From IMG/VR virus record IMGVR_UViG_3300020473_000010, positions 62,001 to 126,000 of that record: a DNA stretch of 64,000 nucleotides; one strand, given 5' to 3'. Of the stretch, positions 46,415 to 56,282 are shown piece after piece; positions within the stretch are counted from its first letter, which is position 1, and each line of letters opens with the position of its first letter. The notes under the pieces were generated by a model. It saw only the letters and a program-made list of their open reading frames with translations. It was not told where the DNA came from and searched no databases. A program made the position numbers and the translations under genes.

Positions 46415-46734
46415 TATTCTCTATTCTCCTTTACAGCCATCATTCTTTCGTAAAGTTGTTGTAAAAGATCTTCTATATCTAAGGCCCTTGGATCATCAAA
46501 GGATTCATATGAATCTAACCAATATTGAAGATAATTTAAATGACTATCTACAGTTTGCTCAAGAGTATTTGGGCCAGAAGGTAACGGTTCTAAACCACGG
46601 TCTCCAGGGCCGCCGGGACCCCATTCTTTTATTAAATTCTTTCTTTGTTCATTTGATCCAAAATCAAAGTTATTATATAGCTTTGATTTCTCTTCTTTAA
46701 TAATTCTCTTAAGTTGTCTTTTTGTAATTTTCAT
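46414..46734 (-). CDS. MKITKRQL-leader small protein
   Basis: MKITKRQLKRIIKEE; second LIKEW site. Confidence 0.85.
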   Translation of the reverse strand: MKITKRQLKRIIKEEKSKLYNNFDFGSNEQRKNLIKEWGPGGPGDRGLEPLPSGPNTLEQTVDSHLNYLQYWLDSYESFDDPRALDIEDLLQQLYERMMAVKENRE

Positions 46735-46977
46735 TTATATGCCCATCTCTAGAGATACTTCTGCAACCTCTTCTTCTGACATTCCATCAACCCACTCGAT
46801 TGCATAATCATAATTGATCCAATCGGGTTCTTCACCAAGATATTCAGCAGCAATTTGAATTAGTTCATCGTCCGGTAATCCAAACAGGTAGTCAGTAACA
46901 ATCTGTCGGTTTTCTCGAAGTAACTTTAGTTTTTCTTCTTTAATAATTCTCTTAAGCTGTCGTTTTGTAATTTTCAT
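46735..46977 (-). CDS. MKITKRQL-leader small protein
   Basis: MKITKRQLKRIIKEEKLKLLRE. Confidence 0.85.
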   Translation of the reverse strand: MKITKRQLKRIIKEEKLKLLRENRQIVTDYLFGLPDDELIQIAAEYLGEEPDWINYDYAIEWVDGMSEEEVAEVSLEMGI

Positions 46978-47423
46978 TATCTACTTCCTAATTCAGATCT
47001 GAATTTATCTTCACTAAAAACGGACGCTCTTTCAAATGCCTGTAGAATTGTTTTAATATCATCGATTATTCCTTCATCTCCACCATGGCGGAAAACCATG
47101 GAGACACCAGGGCCAGCTAATTGTATGTACCAATACTCCATATCACCACCGTAGGGTCGATAAGTGTAACTGTACTCACACTGAAATACGTATTCATCCT
47201 TTGATAACACCAACGTGAATTCACCATCGCCTACTTCGCTCTCCATGTATCCCTCTAGAGAATCCAATGACCAACCATGGCCTTGGGCTACCTCCTGAAA
47301 TTGTTGGGGAAGTCTTTTCCAAGCATCCTCAGCGTATTCATTCTCAAATTCAAGACCTTCTGCTAAGATGTTTTGCTTCTCTTCTCTGATAATTCTTTTA
47401 AGTTGTCTTTTTGTAATTTTCAT
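46977..47423 (-). CDS. MKITKRQL-leader protein
   Basis: Start 47423 (GGAGG RBS): MKITKRQLKRIIREEKQNILAE. Confidence 0.85.
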   Translation of the reverse strand: MKITKRQLKRIIREEKQNILAEGLEFENEYAEDAWKRLPQQFQEVAQGHGWSLDSLEGYMESEVGDGEFTLVLSKDEYVFQCEYSYTYRPYGGDMEYWYIQLAGPGVSMVFRHGGDEGIIDDIKTILQAFERASVFSEDKFRSELGSR

Positions 47424-47424
47424 T

Positions 47425-47703
47425 TTATCCTCCGTGGCGCCAGGTTTTTGCAAAATCAACGGCAGATTGGCCGCCAATATAACACATGGCAATCATTCCC
47501 CAGGTTTCGGGATCTAATCCATGCCACATTAGCACTGTTGATGTAATAAAAACAATAAGTTTTCTAGATGCAAGTTTTTCTTGAATGATATCTAAAATAC
47601 CTTTTTGTTCTGCTCGGTTTTGTACTTTTCCCAATTCAGCTGAAGCGTCAGCAAGGGCTTGGGAGATTTCTTCTTTAATTGTTTCTCGGATTTCTTGTTG
47701 CAT
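47425..47703 (-). CDS. Small two-TM protein (holin-like candidate)
   Basis: SRKLIVFITSTVLMW...WGMIAMCYIGGQ; AGGAGG RBS. Confidence 0.6.
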   Translation of the reverse strand: MQQEIRETIKEEISQALADASAELGKVQNRAEQKGILDIIQEKLASRKLIVFITSTVLMWHGLDPETWGMIAMCYIGGQSAVDFAKTWRHGG

Positions 47704-47733
47704 AATGCACCTCCTTATCGTAAGTAAATATGC

Positions 47734-48141
47734 CTAATTCCAGTCTTCGTCACCATTAAAAAACGTATATTGCTCTTTTTCGATTCCCATAGATTTAACC
47801 AATTCATTAAATGCTTCAGTTAGGGTAAACACTTGGGTTGCAATATCTTGTTGATTTTGACCAACATCTTTCATGAAAGTCATTAACGTTTTTATATTCT
47901 GGTTAATTATTACCATGCTTTTAACATGAAGCTCATTAGACTTTTCTAATTCTAGAATTTTTATTTTTAAATCTTCAATTTCTTTATTGAGTTTTTTAAT
48001 CTTTGTCTTCTGAATCGATGAGTCTGTAAATTGAGTCTGCTTCAGCTCGGGCAATTTGAGTTTCTCCAGCAATTTTTCTTTCAACCACTTTATCAAGTAA
48101 CTTCTCCATATATGGACTACCTTCAGCAATCTGGATAGCAC
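47734..48141 (-). CDS. Coiled-coil protein (start uncertain)
   Basis: Heptad-like LNKEIEDLKIKILELEK; 5' part overlaps the next ORF. Confidence 0.55.
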   Translation of the reverse strand: MLSRLLKVVHIWRSYLIKWLKEKLLEKLKLPELKQTQFTDSSIQKTKIKKLNKEIEDLKIKILELEKSNELHVKSMVIINQNIKTLMTFMKDVGQNQQDIATQVFTLTEAFNELVKSMGIEKEQYTFFNGDEDWN

Positions 48142-48274
48142 ATGCTTCCAGGGCTTCTTGCATTGTTAATCCTTTCTTTAGTAGGAATGATCGGAACTCT
48201 GCATGAGTTCCTTTCATAAGATGGATGTGAACTGATTTCCTTGCTTCGAAATTATACCTTCTTTTAGAAGACAT
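47996..48274 (-). CDS. Ribbon-helix-helix-like DNA-binding protein
   Basis: RKSVHIHL...HAEFRSFLLKKGLTMQEALE; likely start 48274. Confidence 0.6.
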   Translation of the reverse strand: MSSKRRYNFEARKSVHIHLMKGTHAEFRSFLLKKGLTMQEALEACAIQIAEGSPYMEKLLDKVVERKIAGETQIARAEADSIYRLIDSEDKD

Positions 48275-48275
48275 G

Positions 48276-49037
48276 TTAAGCGCCTCCGCCACCACCAGCG
48301 GTGGTTGCACCTGATGCTACAGGAGTTGGTGCTATATCTTCATAGTCGCCGGAAAAATCTAAACCGTGAATTAGGGCGAGTTTTTCTTCAAAATCATCTG
48401 CTTGCTCATTACCAAATTGACTATGAATAAACTGTTTTGCTTTGCTGAAAATCATTCCTTCTACATCTAGAAGAGTTTGATAATTTTTAATATATCGAGC
48501 TACCTCTTGGGCATAAAAATCCATGTTAAAAGTCTGAGGAACTGCAGTGTCGGGAACTACGTCTTCTTCTCCTTCTTCTCCTTCAAATAAAAGTTGTAAA
48601 GAATATTTTTTTGAGGATTCTACAATTTCTTCTTCTGGCATTTCTCCTGGATATCCAGCCGATAATTGGGAATTAACTTTAGCCGTGGCAACACTGTCCA
48701 TAAAGATCTGTTGTAAAATATTATCAATTTCAACATCGATTTGTCCTGGTCCGTATTCCGCAATTTCATCATTAGTTAATTGCTCTGCCGGTTCCTCTTC
48801 CTCTTCCTCTTCTTCTCCTTCTTCGGCTCCTTCTTCTCCTTCATCTCCGCCTTCATCATCTCCAAAAAGATCTCCACCGCCTTCATCATCGCCTCCGGCG
48901 TCGTCTCCTCCAGCATCATCACCGCCTTCGTCGCCACCTTCGTCGCCACCAAATAGGTCATCACCTTCTAAGAGAACATCTGATCTATGAATAATTCCTG
49001 CCATTTCTAATAAACGATTTCTCTTAAAGTTTGACAT
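48276..49037 (-). CDS. Acidic Gly/Asp/Glu-rich protein (putative scaffold/virion)
   Basis: RLLEMAGII, GGDE/GGDD repeats, SKKYSLQLLFEG. Confidence 0.8.
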   Translation of the reverse strand: MSNFKRNRLLEMAGIIHRSDVLLEGDDLFGGDEGGDEGGDDAGGDDAGGDDEGGGDLFGDDEGGDEGEEGAEEGEEEEEEEEPAEQLTNDEIAEYGPGQIDVEIDNILQQIFMDSVATAKVNSQLSAGYPGEMPEEEIVESSKKYSLQLLFEGEEGEEDVVPDTAVPQTFNMDFYAQEVARYIKNYQTLLDVEGMIFSKAKQFIHSQFGNEQADDFEEKLALIHGLDFSGDYEDIAPTPVASGATTAGGGGGA

Positions 49038-49732
49038 TATTCGTGCCCTCCTGCAGTTACTTTACCGATTTTTTCAGCAATTTTAATTCTTTTTTCAATT
49101 CGGTCCCAATCTAATTCTTTCATCATGGCATATACATATGATTTTCTATCGCTCATATAATCTCTAAAATAAGAATGTTCCCAGCAATCGATTACTATAA
49201 CTGGATAAGAAGCAAATGGAACATTGTTTGAATGCAAATCGACAACAACATTAATATATCGTTGCAAGAAAATATTATAAACAGTACATGCCCATCCATT
49301 TCTGGCCGATAAAGCTGTTGCTACAAAATCTTTTTGCCATTCATCAAATGAACCAAAATCTCTCTCTAGCCTCATAAAAGCTAAAGAATCCATAGTAATA
49401 ATGGAATTTGGGTCTGCAATATTTTCGAAATACCATGCATGTAAAAAAGCCGCGTTTAAATTATAGACTTCATCAATTTTAAGACTTCTAAATTCTGAAC
49501 TATTAAGATCTGCATCATCTCGAGAAACCGTGTCCAATTTTGCTGAAACAGTATTTAAACTATCGATGTATTTAGCCATTAACTCTTGATGAGTTTTTTT
49601 GGTTTTTTCAGAAAGTAATTCTGTAGGCAATCTATATTTTTGAGCCTTTGTAACATAGGACTCGTTCAGCGTTTTTTCTTTTTGGACACCAAGAGAATCT
49701 CTAATTGTTTTTTTGATTGTTTCATCGTTCAT
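49037..49732 (-). CDS. Fe/Mn superoxide dismutase-like protein with N-terminal extension
   Basis: THQE, AFLHAWYF, DFGSFDEW, IDCWEHSYF; four metal ligands present. Confidence 0.8.
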   Translation of the reverse strand: MNDETIKKTIRDSLGVQKEKTLNESYVTKAQKYRLPTELLSEKTKKTHQELMAKYIDSLNTVSAKLDTVSRDDADLNSSEFRSLKIDEVYNLNAAFLHAWYFENIADPNSIITMDSLAFMRLERDFGSFDEWQKDFVATALSARNGWACTVYNIFLQRYINVVVDLHSNNVPFASYPVIVIDCWEHSYFRDYMSDRKSYVYAMMKELDWDRIEKRIKIAEKIGKVTAGGHE

Positions 49733-50202
49733 TATTCTACCTCGTAGTCTTCTTCAAATTCTGATTTTTTAACAGCCAAAAGACTGGTTTTAGGAAGTTT
49801 AAGATCTGCATCTTTTTCTAAATCTACCCTGTGTGAGGTTACTTGTTCAACTTCATCACCGGAAGGATCTCCTCCTTTGATTCTCCCAATATCTACACCA
49901 CTTAAATTAATAGTTGCTGTAGTTTCGGAAAGCGGCTGTCCCTTGGGTTCAAACCGAGGTTGATCTGGGTGCCGAAGATAAACAATAGCATCATCACCCT
50001 CTCCTTCGACATGGTCTACCGTGTATTCGTACCCTGAAGCTTTATGACGAGCTTTGAGCCCTTGAGACAACAGCTGATTACCACGCTTATCATACATGTC
50101 GGTTTCTTTTAAATCAGCTTCTAAAGCAACCTCAACCAATCTTTTTTTGTATTCTTCACGAATAATCTTTATAATATGTCGTTCCGTTAATTTTTTGCGC
50201 AT
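49732..50202 (-). CDS. Leader-bearing protein with SH3-like core
   Basis: KLTERHIIKIIREE...LVE; GLKARHKASGYEYTV. Confidence 0.75.
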   Translation of the reverse strand: MRKKLTERHIIKIIREEYKKRLVEVALEADLKETDMYDKRGNQLLSQGLKARHKASGYEYTVDHVEGEGDDAIVYLRHPDQPRFEPKGQPLSETTATINLSGVDIGRIKGGDPSGDEVEQVTSHRVDLEKDADLKLPKTSLLAVKKSEFEEDYEVE

Positions 50203-50212
50203 TTATAAACTC

Positions 50213-52831
50213 CTAATCTTTAATTATGCCGGCCAATCTTTGCCATCTATAAACGTTTTCTTGAAATAGCGGTTTCGGCAATACGTCTTCCAAAGCTTGA
50301 TTCAGTGCTTTTCTAAATCCTGCTGCCCCAGCTTTTTTATAATCATCTAAAAATCCTTTGAAAATGGCCGGTTGTAATTCTGGGTCTGGATTGCCAGCGG
50401 CTCCGAAAGCTTGATGGAACTTAGGAAATCCTGCTTTTTTAATATATGCGGGTTTTTTAGAGTCTCCAGCTTCGGCGGCGGATTTGATATCAAACCCGAA
50501 TTCATCTTCGAAATATTTTAAGAAATTTTCATTATCAAGCAAATCAAGCGCTTTAGTAGTTAATTCGTCTTGGCCTTTAATTTTATCAGTTAAATCCGAA
50601 AGAAACTCTTTTAAAAGAACTTTTGATTCTATAATAAATGGAAGATCTGCATTTAATTCTTTTAGCCCTGTTAAGAAAAGAGCCACTGCATCTCCATCGA
50701 TTTTTTTATCTATTTTTTTAATCGCATCAACTGTAGCGCCGATTTGTATTTTGGGAAGTCCACCTAATTCCCATTCAATATCAAATTTATCTTTAAAGAA
50801 TTTCTTTACTTCTTTATTTTTAAAATATTTTTGCATCTGAGCTTCGGCTTCTTTGTCGTTAGAAGCTGCATTATATATTAAACCCGGAAGGAAGTCGTCC
50901 CATTTAGTTTTTTCTTCAACTAATAATGAATTTAAAGAATTTAAATGAATTGATTCAAGTTTTAATTTTTCCCATTGGTTTTCATCGTGTTGGCCGACGC
51001 CTTTCGGACCTTGGCGAAATATATCATAAATCTTGGCTAATATTTCAGGCTTTAATTCGGTTGGGTTTGGAATTTCTTTTATAAAATCTTCTTTAGAAAA
51101 GGTTCGTATATCATCTCCGGTTTCATCTTGAGGTTCTGCATTCAAAGTGTCAGGTGTATCAACTTCAACATCATTGACGTCATCATCTTCGAGTTTTCCT
51201 AAATTCAATACTGCCTTAATAAAATCTTCTAAATCTTTTGGGGTTTTGATGTCCAATTTAGCTAAATCAGCAGATAAGTCTTTTGCCTCAGGTTCGGTAT
51301 TGGGATCAATAATAATTTCTTCATTGTTGTCGTCGTTCGTTAATGTAACTGGAGAATTGTCGTTAGTTAATCCAGCAATGGCCTTGTTTAAATCACTAGC
51401 GGCCCCATCTTCTAGTGTCGAAGTAAGATCTGATGCTTCTTCTGCTTTTTCTACTCCTAAAACACCCCAAATCTTTGCAGCAGTTTCTTTGTCAGAGTCG
51501 AATTTAAATTTATAGTCAATGCCTTTTATTAATTCTGAGATTTCAGTTATAGCTTCCGTTAATAAGTTTTTAAATCCAGCATGATGGAAAAATTTAGATT
51601 CTTTAAAGATTTCTTGAACTGGTTTTTCTGATGCAGCCATTACCAAAGATAAAACAGCTTTATCCATTTCATCAATGTCTTTAAAAGCCTCATGTTTATT
51701 CATTGCCTGCATAAAAGGTTCACCATCATCAAATAGCTTTTCTACTTCTGGAGAAACTTCTACAGTAAGCATATCTTTTAAAGTGCTTTCTGCTTTATCA
51801 ATAACCTCTGATTTGATTCCCATTCCAAATTCTTTAAAATCGAACCATCCCATGGAAAAAATTCCGCTTTTGCCATCTTCTCCCAACAAAATCTTTGGAG
51901 ACAAAGTAGTATCTTGTTCAATTTCGAATTCTAGCAAATCTTTCATATCTGCAATTGCTTTTAATTCTTTCTCTGCTTGCTTTGCAGCGTTTTCGATATT
52001 TTTTCCTAATTTCCCAAAAACTCTTTTTGCTTCATTTTCAGCTTGAATAAATTTTTTATTTAATTTTTCAACTTCTTTCTTTTTTGCATCATCCCAGCCT
52101 TCATGCCACCCAGAAACCCACTGCAATATTGTTGATGGCTTATATCCGTCAGGATTTAAATCTGGTGGAGGAGGACCATCTGTTGCAAACGATATTAATC
52201 TTATTTTTTCCATCTTTTCTGCAACATCCGGTGTAATCCCAGAAGCTTCTAGAAGAAGCGAAGCTAAGCTTGATTTATGAATAAAGTTAAAAGATTCTTT
52301 TTGTTGATTTCCTCCAGACTCTTCTTGAGATTGATCATCTTTCTTTTCGCTGGAAGCATCAGAACCTGACAATTCTTTTGGGAGACCTTGTAGAAAATTA
52401 ATTTCTTCATCTGAAATTGCAACTGCATTCATCCAGCCGGCGATATCTGTAATGACAGATTCAAACATGTCTAGATTCATTTTTGCATGGGTTGCAAGGT
52501 ATTTTATTTTAGTAGCTGCTTCGTCTTCCTGTTTATCTTTTGCGTTTGTTCCAGTAATTGCACCAGCAAAACGAGAAAACATTCCAGGTTCTTCCATCGA
52601 TTTTTCGCTGATTGTTCCGGCCGCTTTTTCTAAGTTTTTAAATACTGTTGATACTTTTTGTTTCAACGATTTTAAATCATCGGTATCGTCAGGCATTCTT
52701 TCAAATCTTAGAATGACTTCATCTAAAAGAGAGTCTAGGTCTTGTTGTGCTTGAAGGATTTCTCCTTCAGTCAAAAGCCTTGCTTCCGTAATTAATTTAC
52801 ATTTTTTTCTTGATTCAATAAATATATTCAA
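50213..52831 (-). CDS. Large acidic multi-module protein (putative processed virion polyprotein)
   Basis: 872 aa; repeated ES...L(L)xE segments; C-terminal RWQRLAGII. Confidence 0.75.
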   Translation of the reverse strand: MNIFIESRKKCKLITEARLLTEGEILQAQQDLDSLLDEVILRFERMPDDTDDLKSLKQKVSTVFKNLEKAAGTISEKSMEEPGMFSRFAGAITGTNAKDKQEDEAATKIKYLATHAKMNLDMFESVITDIAGWMNAVAISDEEINFLQGLPKELSGSDASSEKKDDQSQEESGGNQQKESFNFIHKSSLASLLLEASGITPDVAEKMEKIRLISFATDGPPPPDLNPDGYKPSTILQWVSGWHEGWDDAKKKEVEKLNKKFIQAENEAKRVFGKLGKNIENAAKQAEKELKAIADMKDLLEFEIEQDTTLSPKILLGEDGKSGIFSMGWFDFKEFGMGIKSEVIDKAESTLKDMLTVEVSPEVEKLFDDGEPFMQAMNKHEAFKDIDEMDKAVLSLVMAASEKPVQEIFKESKFFHHAGFKNLLTEAITEISELIKGIDYKFKFDSDKETAAKIWGVLGVEKAEEASDLTSTLEDGAASDLNKAIAGLTNDNSPVTLTNDDNNEEIIIDPNTEPEAKDLSADLAKLDIKTPKDLEDFIKAVLNLGKLEDDDVNDVEVDTPDTLNAEPQDETGDDIRTFSKEDFIKEIPNPTELKPEILAKIYDIFRQGPKGVGQHDENQWEKLKLESIHLNSLNSLLVEEKTKWDDFLPGLIYNAASNDKEAEAQMQKYFKNKEVKKFFKDKFDIEWELGGLPKIQIGATVDAIKKIDKKIDGDAVALFLTGLKELNADLPFIIESKVLLKEFLSDLTDKIKGQDELTTKALDLLDNENFLKYFEDEFGFDIKSAAEAGDSKKPAYIKKAGFPKFHQAFGAAGNPDPELQPAIFKGFLDDYKKAGAAGFRKALNQALEDVLPKPLFQENVYRWQRLAGIIKD

Positions 52832-52861
52832 TTTAAATCCCCTAAACCATACATAATCTAA

Positions 52862-53272
52862 TTATTCAAGATCTAGGAAACAAACCTCTATTCCTGAATT
52901 TTTAAGTAATTCTACTCCAGATAAATCTCGATATTTTCTAGAATAAACAACTCTATTGATACCACCATTAATTATGGCCTTAGCACACCCTTTGCACGGC
53001 GATAATGTAAGATACATCGTTTTTTTCTTGGGTGTATTATAATCCATTTTAATTAATGCGTTAATTTCAGCGTGGATAAAGCCTGAATGGCCTGGTTCTG
53101 GACTTTCAACTTGGTTTGATCCACCTTTTTGATCTCCGTTGTATCCAATAGCAAGTACCTGGCAATTATCTTGAGAAACAATGCAGCATCCAACTTGAAA
53201 TCTAGGATCATGGCTTCTTCTTGCAATGTTTGTTGCGAAATCCATCCAAATTGTGTCCCAATCAGGTCTCAT
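52862..53272 (-). CDS. dCMP deaminase
   Basis: HAEINA, PCKGC, GYNG. Confidence 0.92.
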   Translation of the reverse strand: MRPDWDTIWMDFATNIARRSHDPRFQVGCCIVSQDNCQVLAIGYNGDQKGGSNQVESPEPGHSGFIHAEINALIKMDYNTPKKKTMYLTLSPCKGCAKAIINGGINRVVYSRKYRDLSGVELLKNSGIEVCFLDLE

Positions 53273-54212
53273 GAGAAACTTCCTTTACTTCTTCAGGTGG
53301 TTTACCATCATTTAATTGTTCTTTCTCCTCTTCGGATTCAGGTTCTTTGTCAGTTTCGGGAAGTTCGTCGTCAAAAATACTATCCGGATGAACTTCCGAA
53401 GAAAGCCTAAAACCTGCAGCTTTTTTATGTCCTCCTCCTTTAAACTTTTTGGCAATTTCTGAAACATCTGTTGTTTCGTGAAACGCTCTAAGGGAACAAT
53501 TATACCCAAGTGTTTCATGATCATAATACCATATCATTGCAAAATCACAATCCGGGGCAAGCCTGGCGCCAATCTCGGACATCCAATGAGATGAATTGAC
53601 AACTAGTACATCTTTTCCATCAAACTTACGTTTTTGGGCTTTCTCGCAAACTTTTTTAATTACAGTTTTTGAATATGCTAAGATGAAAGATCCTCTTTTA
53701 ACAGCATCGTCAAAAACTGAATCATCTTCAAATTTTTCGTATTCTTCAAATTCCCATGGTACCATATCGAATGCTGCAGAAAATTCTTTTGAATACGGGA
53801 GTTCCCAAGTCCAAAGATCGCGATCTTGAATATATTGGATAAATTTAGGCGCTTCTTTACCCGGGTGGAAAAATTCCCAAGCTAACATTGCTCCGGATTT
53901 ATTCATATCAAAACGAGTGTTTGATATATCATGAAGTTCTACCATCGCAGATTTATGGTGATCAATTATAAGAAATGCTTCTGCTTCTTTAATTAATTTT
54001 TTAGTTGTGGCATTGTTATAAGAAAAATCTAGACAAACAACTTTTTTCCCGTTTATATCTGGCGGGGTTGTGCCATGGGAACAGGCGATATATTCTGCTC
54101 GGTTTCCCAAAAGTTTCCAAGCAGAGTAAGCTGCTCCAAATCCATCGTTACAATTCGCGTGGTATAATACCACTTCGACTGATGAAGGTTCTAACATGTT
54201 GATTTCCTCCAA
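53262..54212 (-). CDS. DHH/DHHA1 phosphoesterase
   Basis: YHANCNDG, LDFSY, IDHH, QDRDLW, GGGHKKAAG. Confidence 0.88.
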   Translation of the reverse strand: MEEINMLEPSSVEVVLYHANCNDGFGAAYSAWKLLGNRAEYIACSHGTTPPDINGKKVVCLDFSYNNATTKKLIKEAEAFLIIDHHKSAMVELHDISNTRFDMNKSGAMLAWEFFHPGKEAPKFIQYIQDRDLWTWELPYSKEFSAAFDMVPWEFEEYEKFEDDSVFDDAVKRGSFILAYSKTVIKKVCEKAQKRKFDGKDVLVVNSSHWMSEIGARLAPDCDFAMIWYYDHETLGYNCSLRAFHETTDVSEIAKKFKGGGHKKAAGFRLSSEVHPDSIFDDELPETDKEPESEEEKEQLNDGKPPEEVKEVSHET

Positions 54213-54230
54213 GAGAGAGTAGAATTCTAA

Positions 54231-54665
54231 TTATCTACAATTAATTTCGGTTCTATTAAGTTTACGACCATAATCATCTTCTAACATAACAAACCCATCT
54301 CTTGCTCCTGGGCTTCCGTTTAAAACTTCTAACATCTTACTATCTTCGATAGCTGTTATTCTATACGGACTTTGAGCCTGGATTAAAATAATGTCCCCAG
54401 AATGCAAATTAAAATAATTCCCATCTTCGCCATCGATATCGCCAAACTCTTTTTCTCCTTTTGCAAAAACACGAACATGACCTTCGAGACAATATATTAA
54501 TTGATTTTTCATATCGTAATATTTAAGAGAGGTGCGTTTGTTAGCTTTTAAAGTAATAATTTTACCAGACATCCCAAATGGGGAAGAAAAATGTTCTTCA
54601 TCTCCCCAGGGTTTGGATAAAAAACTTGATTTGGATTTCCATATAGACACTACAATAACTCCCAA
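54231..54665 (-). CDS. Cupin-fold protein (sugar isomerase-like)
   Basis: KPWGDE, GKII...RTSL, SPYRI...LEV, LEDDYGR. Confidence 0.7.
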   Translation of the reverse strand: MGVIVVSIWKSKSSFLSKPWGDEEHFSSPFGMSGKIITLKANKRTSLKYYDMKNQLIYCLEGHVRVFAKGEKEFGDIDGEDGNYFNLHSGDIILIQAQSPYRITAIEDSKMLEVLNGSPGARDGFVMLEDDYGRKLNRTEINCR

Positions 54666-55645
54666 TAGTTGAAAACTTTTTCAAGACCTTCTTCAAACTG
54701 AACTTTAGGATTCCAGCCTAATTTTTTTAATGCAGATATATTGGCTTGAGTATGTTTTACATCTCCTTTTCTTGCAGGTGCTTGTTCGATGTTTGTATAA
54801 CCTTTTTCAAAAAATTTTGATAATATATAATTATTAGAGTAAGATTTTCCAACTCCAACATTGAATATTTTTTCTTCTTTCAGATCAGCTTTACTAACAC
54901 AGATGTTAGCAGACACAATATCTGAAACATAGATTAAGTCTCGAGATTGCGTGCCATCTCCATCTTTTCTTAAGGGTTCTTCATTTGATGCCTTAGTACA
55001 CCAAGCACTAATTGCTGTGGAATATGGGGAAGATCCGTCTTGGCCCGGGCCATAAACATTAAAATATCTTAATGCTACCCAGTCGAGATTATATAAATTT
55101 TCAAATAGCTCTAAATATTGCTCTACGCAAAGTTTTGATAAGCCATAAGGATTAGTAGGTTTTTTATTATCTGATTCTTTAGTTGGTAAATTTTTGTTAT
55201 TTCCATATACAGCTGACGTTGAACTGAAAATAAGTCTAGATTCTCCTTTTGCACAAGCCAAAGCAAGATCTAAAGATTTATTAAAATTTTCATCTGTTGC
55301 ATCCAAGGGGTTTGTGACGGACCATTCTACTCGAGGCTTTGCTGCTAGATGAAAAACTTTAGAGAAAAACCCATCTTCAATCCTTTCCAATATTGCTGAA
55401 TGTGTAAAATCAGCCTCTAAAAATACTATTTTGGGCTTTCTTGGATCATCTTTTACGTCGTAAAATCTACTTAAAGCAGATACCAAATTACGAACTGGTA
55501 CTTTGAAAAAAGATTCAGGTTCAATTTTCGAATTCGAAAAATCATCAACAACCCAGACGGTATAATCTAAAGTTATTAATTCTTTAACTAAATGGGATCC
55601 AATAAAACCTAATCCTCCTGTTACTAAAATATTTTTAGATTTCAT
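54650..55645 (-). CDS. NAD-dependent nucleotide-sugar epimerase/dehydratase
   Basis: TGGLGFIGS, SSTSAVYG, YGLSK, RYFNVYGP, RDLIYV. Confidence 0.92.
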   Translation of the reverse strand: MKSKNILVTGGLGFIGSHLVKELITLDYTVWVVDDFSNSKIEPESFFKVPVRNLVSALSRFYDVKDDPRKPKIVFLEADFTHSAILERIEDGFFSKVFHLAAKPRVEWSVTNPLDATDENFNKSLDLALACAKGESRLIFSSTSAVYGNNKNLPTKESDNKKPTNPYGLSKLCVEQYLELFENLYNLDWVALRYFNVYGPGQDGSSPYSTAISAWCTKASNEEPLRKDGDGTQSRDLIYVSDIVSANICVSKADLKEEKIFNVGVGKSYSNNYILSKFFEKGYTNIEQAPARKGDVKHTQANISALKKLGWNPKVQFEEGLEKVFNYWELL

Positions 55646-56088
55646 TATACTATCCCCGTGGATCCAAATCCACCCGCGCCTCTGTCGGTAGTTTCTTCAA
55701 AAAGATCATCATTATTAATTTCCTCAATTCCAGAATGATCAACTGGAACTAAAAGAAACTGAATTAATTTTTGCCCTGGTTCAATTTTTTGAGGTTTATT
55801 TGAAGTGTTAATTAAGTGTAAGTGGATTTCACCTTGGTAATCACTGTCTACAACACATGCGCCGACCATTAATCCAGACTTAAGGGCTACGCCAGATTTG
55901 TTGAATGCGATAAGCGCATAGCCACAAGGCACATTAGCTCTAATACCCGATGGAATAAAGAAACGGTCACCGGGTTCAATTGTACAAAGACTGTCTGGGT
56001 AATTATTGGGTACGTAAAAGTCAATTCCTGCTGATCCATCTGTTCCTCTTGTTGGTAGTTTAACATCTCTAATTCTAGATACTTTCAT
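55645..56088 (-). CDS. dut: Trimeric dUTPase
   Basis: AGIDF, NKSG, VDSDYQGE, RGAGGFGSTG; likely start 56088. Confidence 0.92.
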   Translation of the reverse strand: MKVSRIRDVKLPTRGTDGSAGIDFYVPNNYPDSLCTIEPGDRFFIPSGIRANVPCGYALIAFNKSGVALKSGLMVGACVVDSDYQGEIHLHLINTSNKPQKIEPGQKLIQFLLVPVDHSGIEEINNDDLFEETTDRGAGGFGSTGIV

Positions 56089-56282
56089 TTTCTCTCCTTT
56101 ATAATTTTTATGCATTCATCAGCCTCTGCTATAGACCGAATTAAGTTAATAATTTCAGTAGCAAGATCTGGATGTTCTCCAATCGCAACTGGGTTTTTTA
56201 AATAAATTTCTAAATTTGCTTCTGTTTTTAATTTATTAGCTTCAAAATGAAGCAAAGCAGCTTTTAATAATTTGTTTTCCAT
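56085..56282 (-). CDS. Small conserved phage protein
   Basis: YLKNPVAIGEHPDL motif. Confidence 0.7.
   Translation of the reverse strand: MENKLLKAALLHFEANKLKTEANLEIYLKNPVAIGEHPDLATEIINLIRSIAEADECIKIIKERK

Noticed and set aside
48780-48960. Repetitive GC-richer stretch as CRISPR array
   Set aside because: Degenerate GGDE/EE codon repeats inside a CDS; no constant repeat-spacer periodicity
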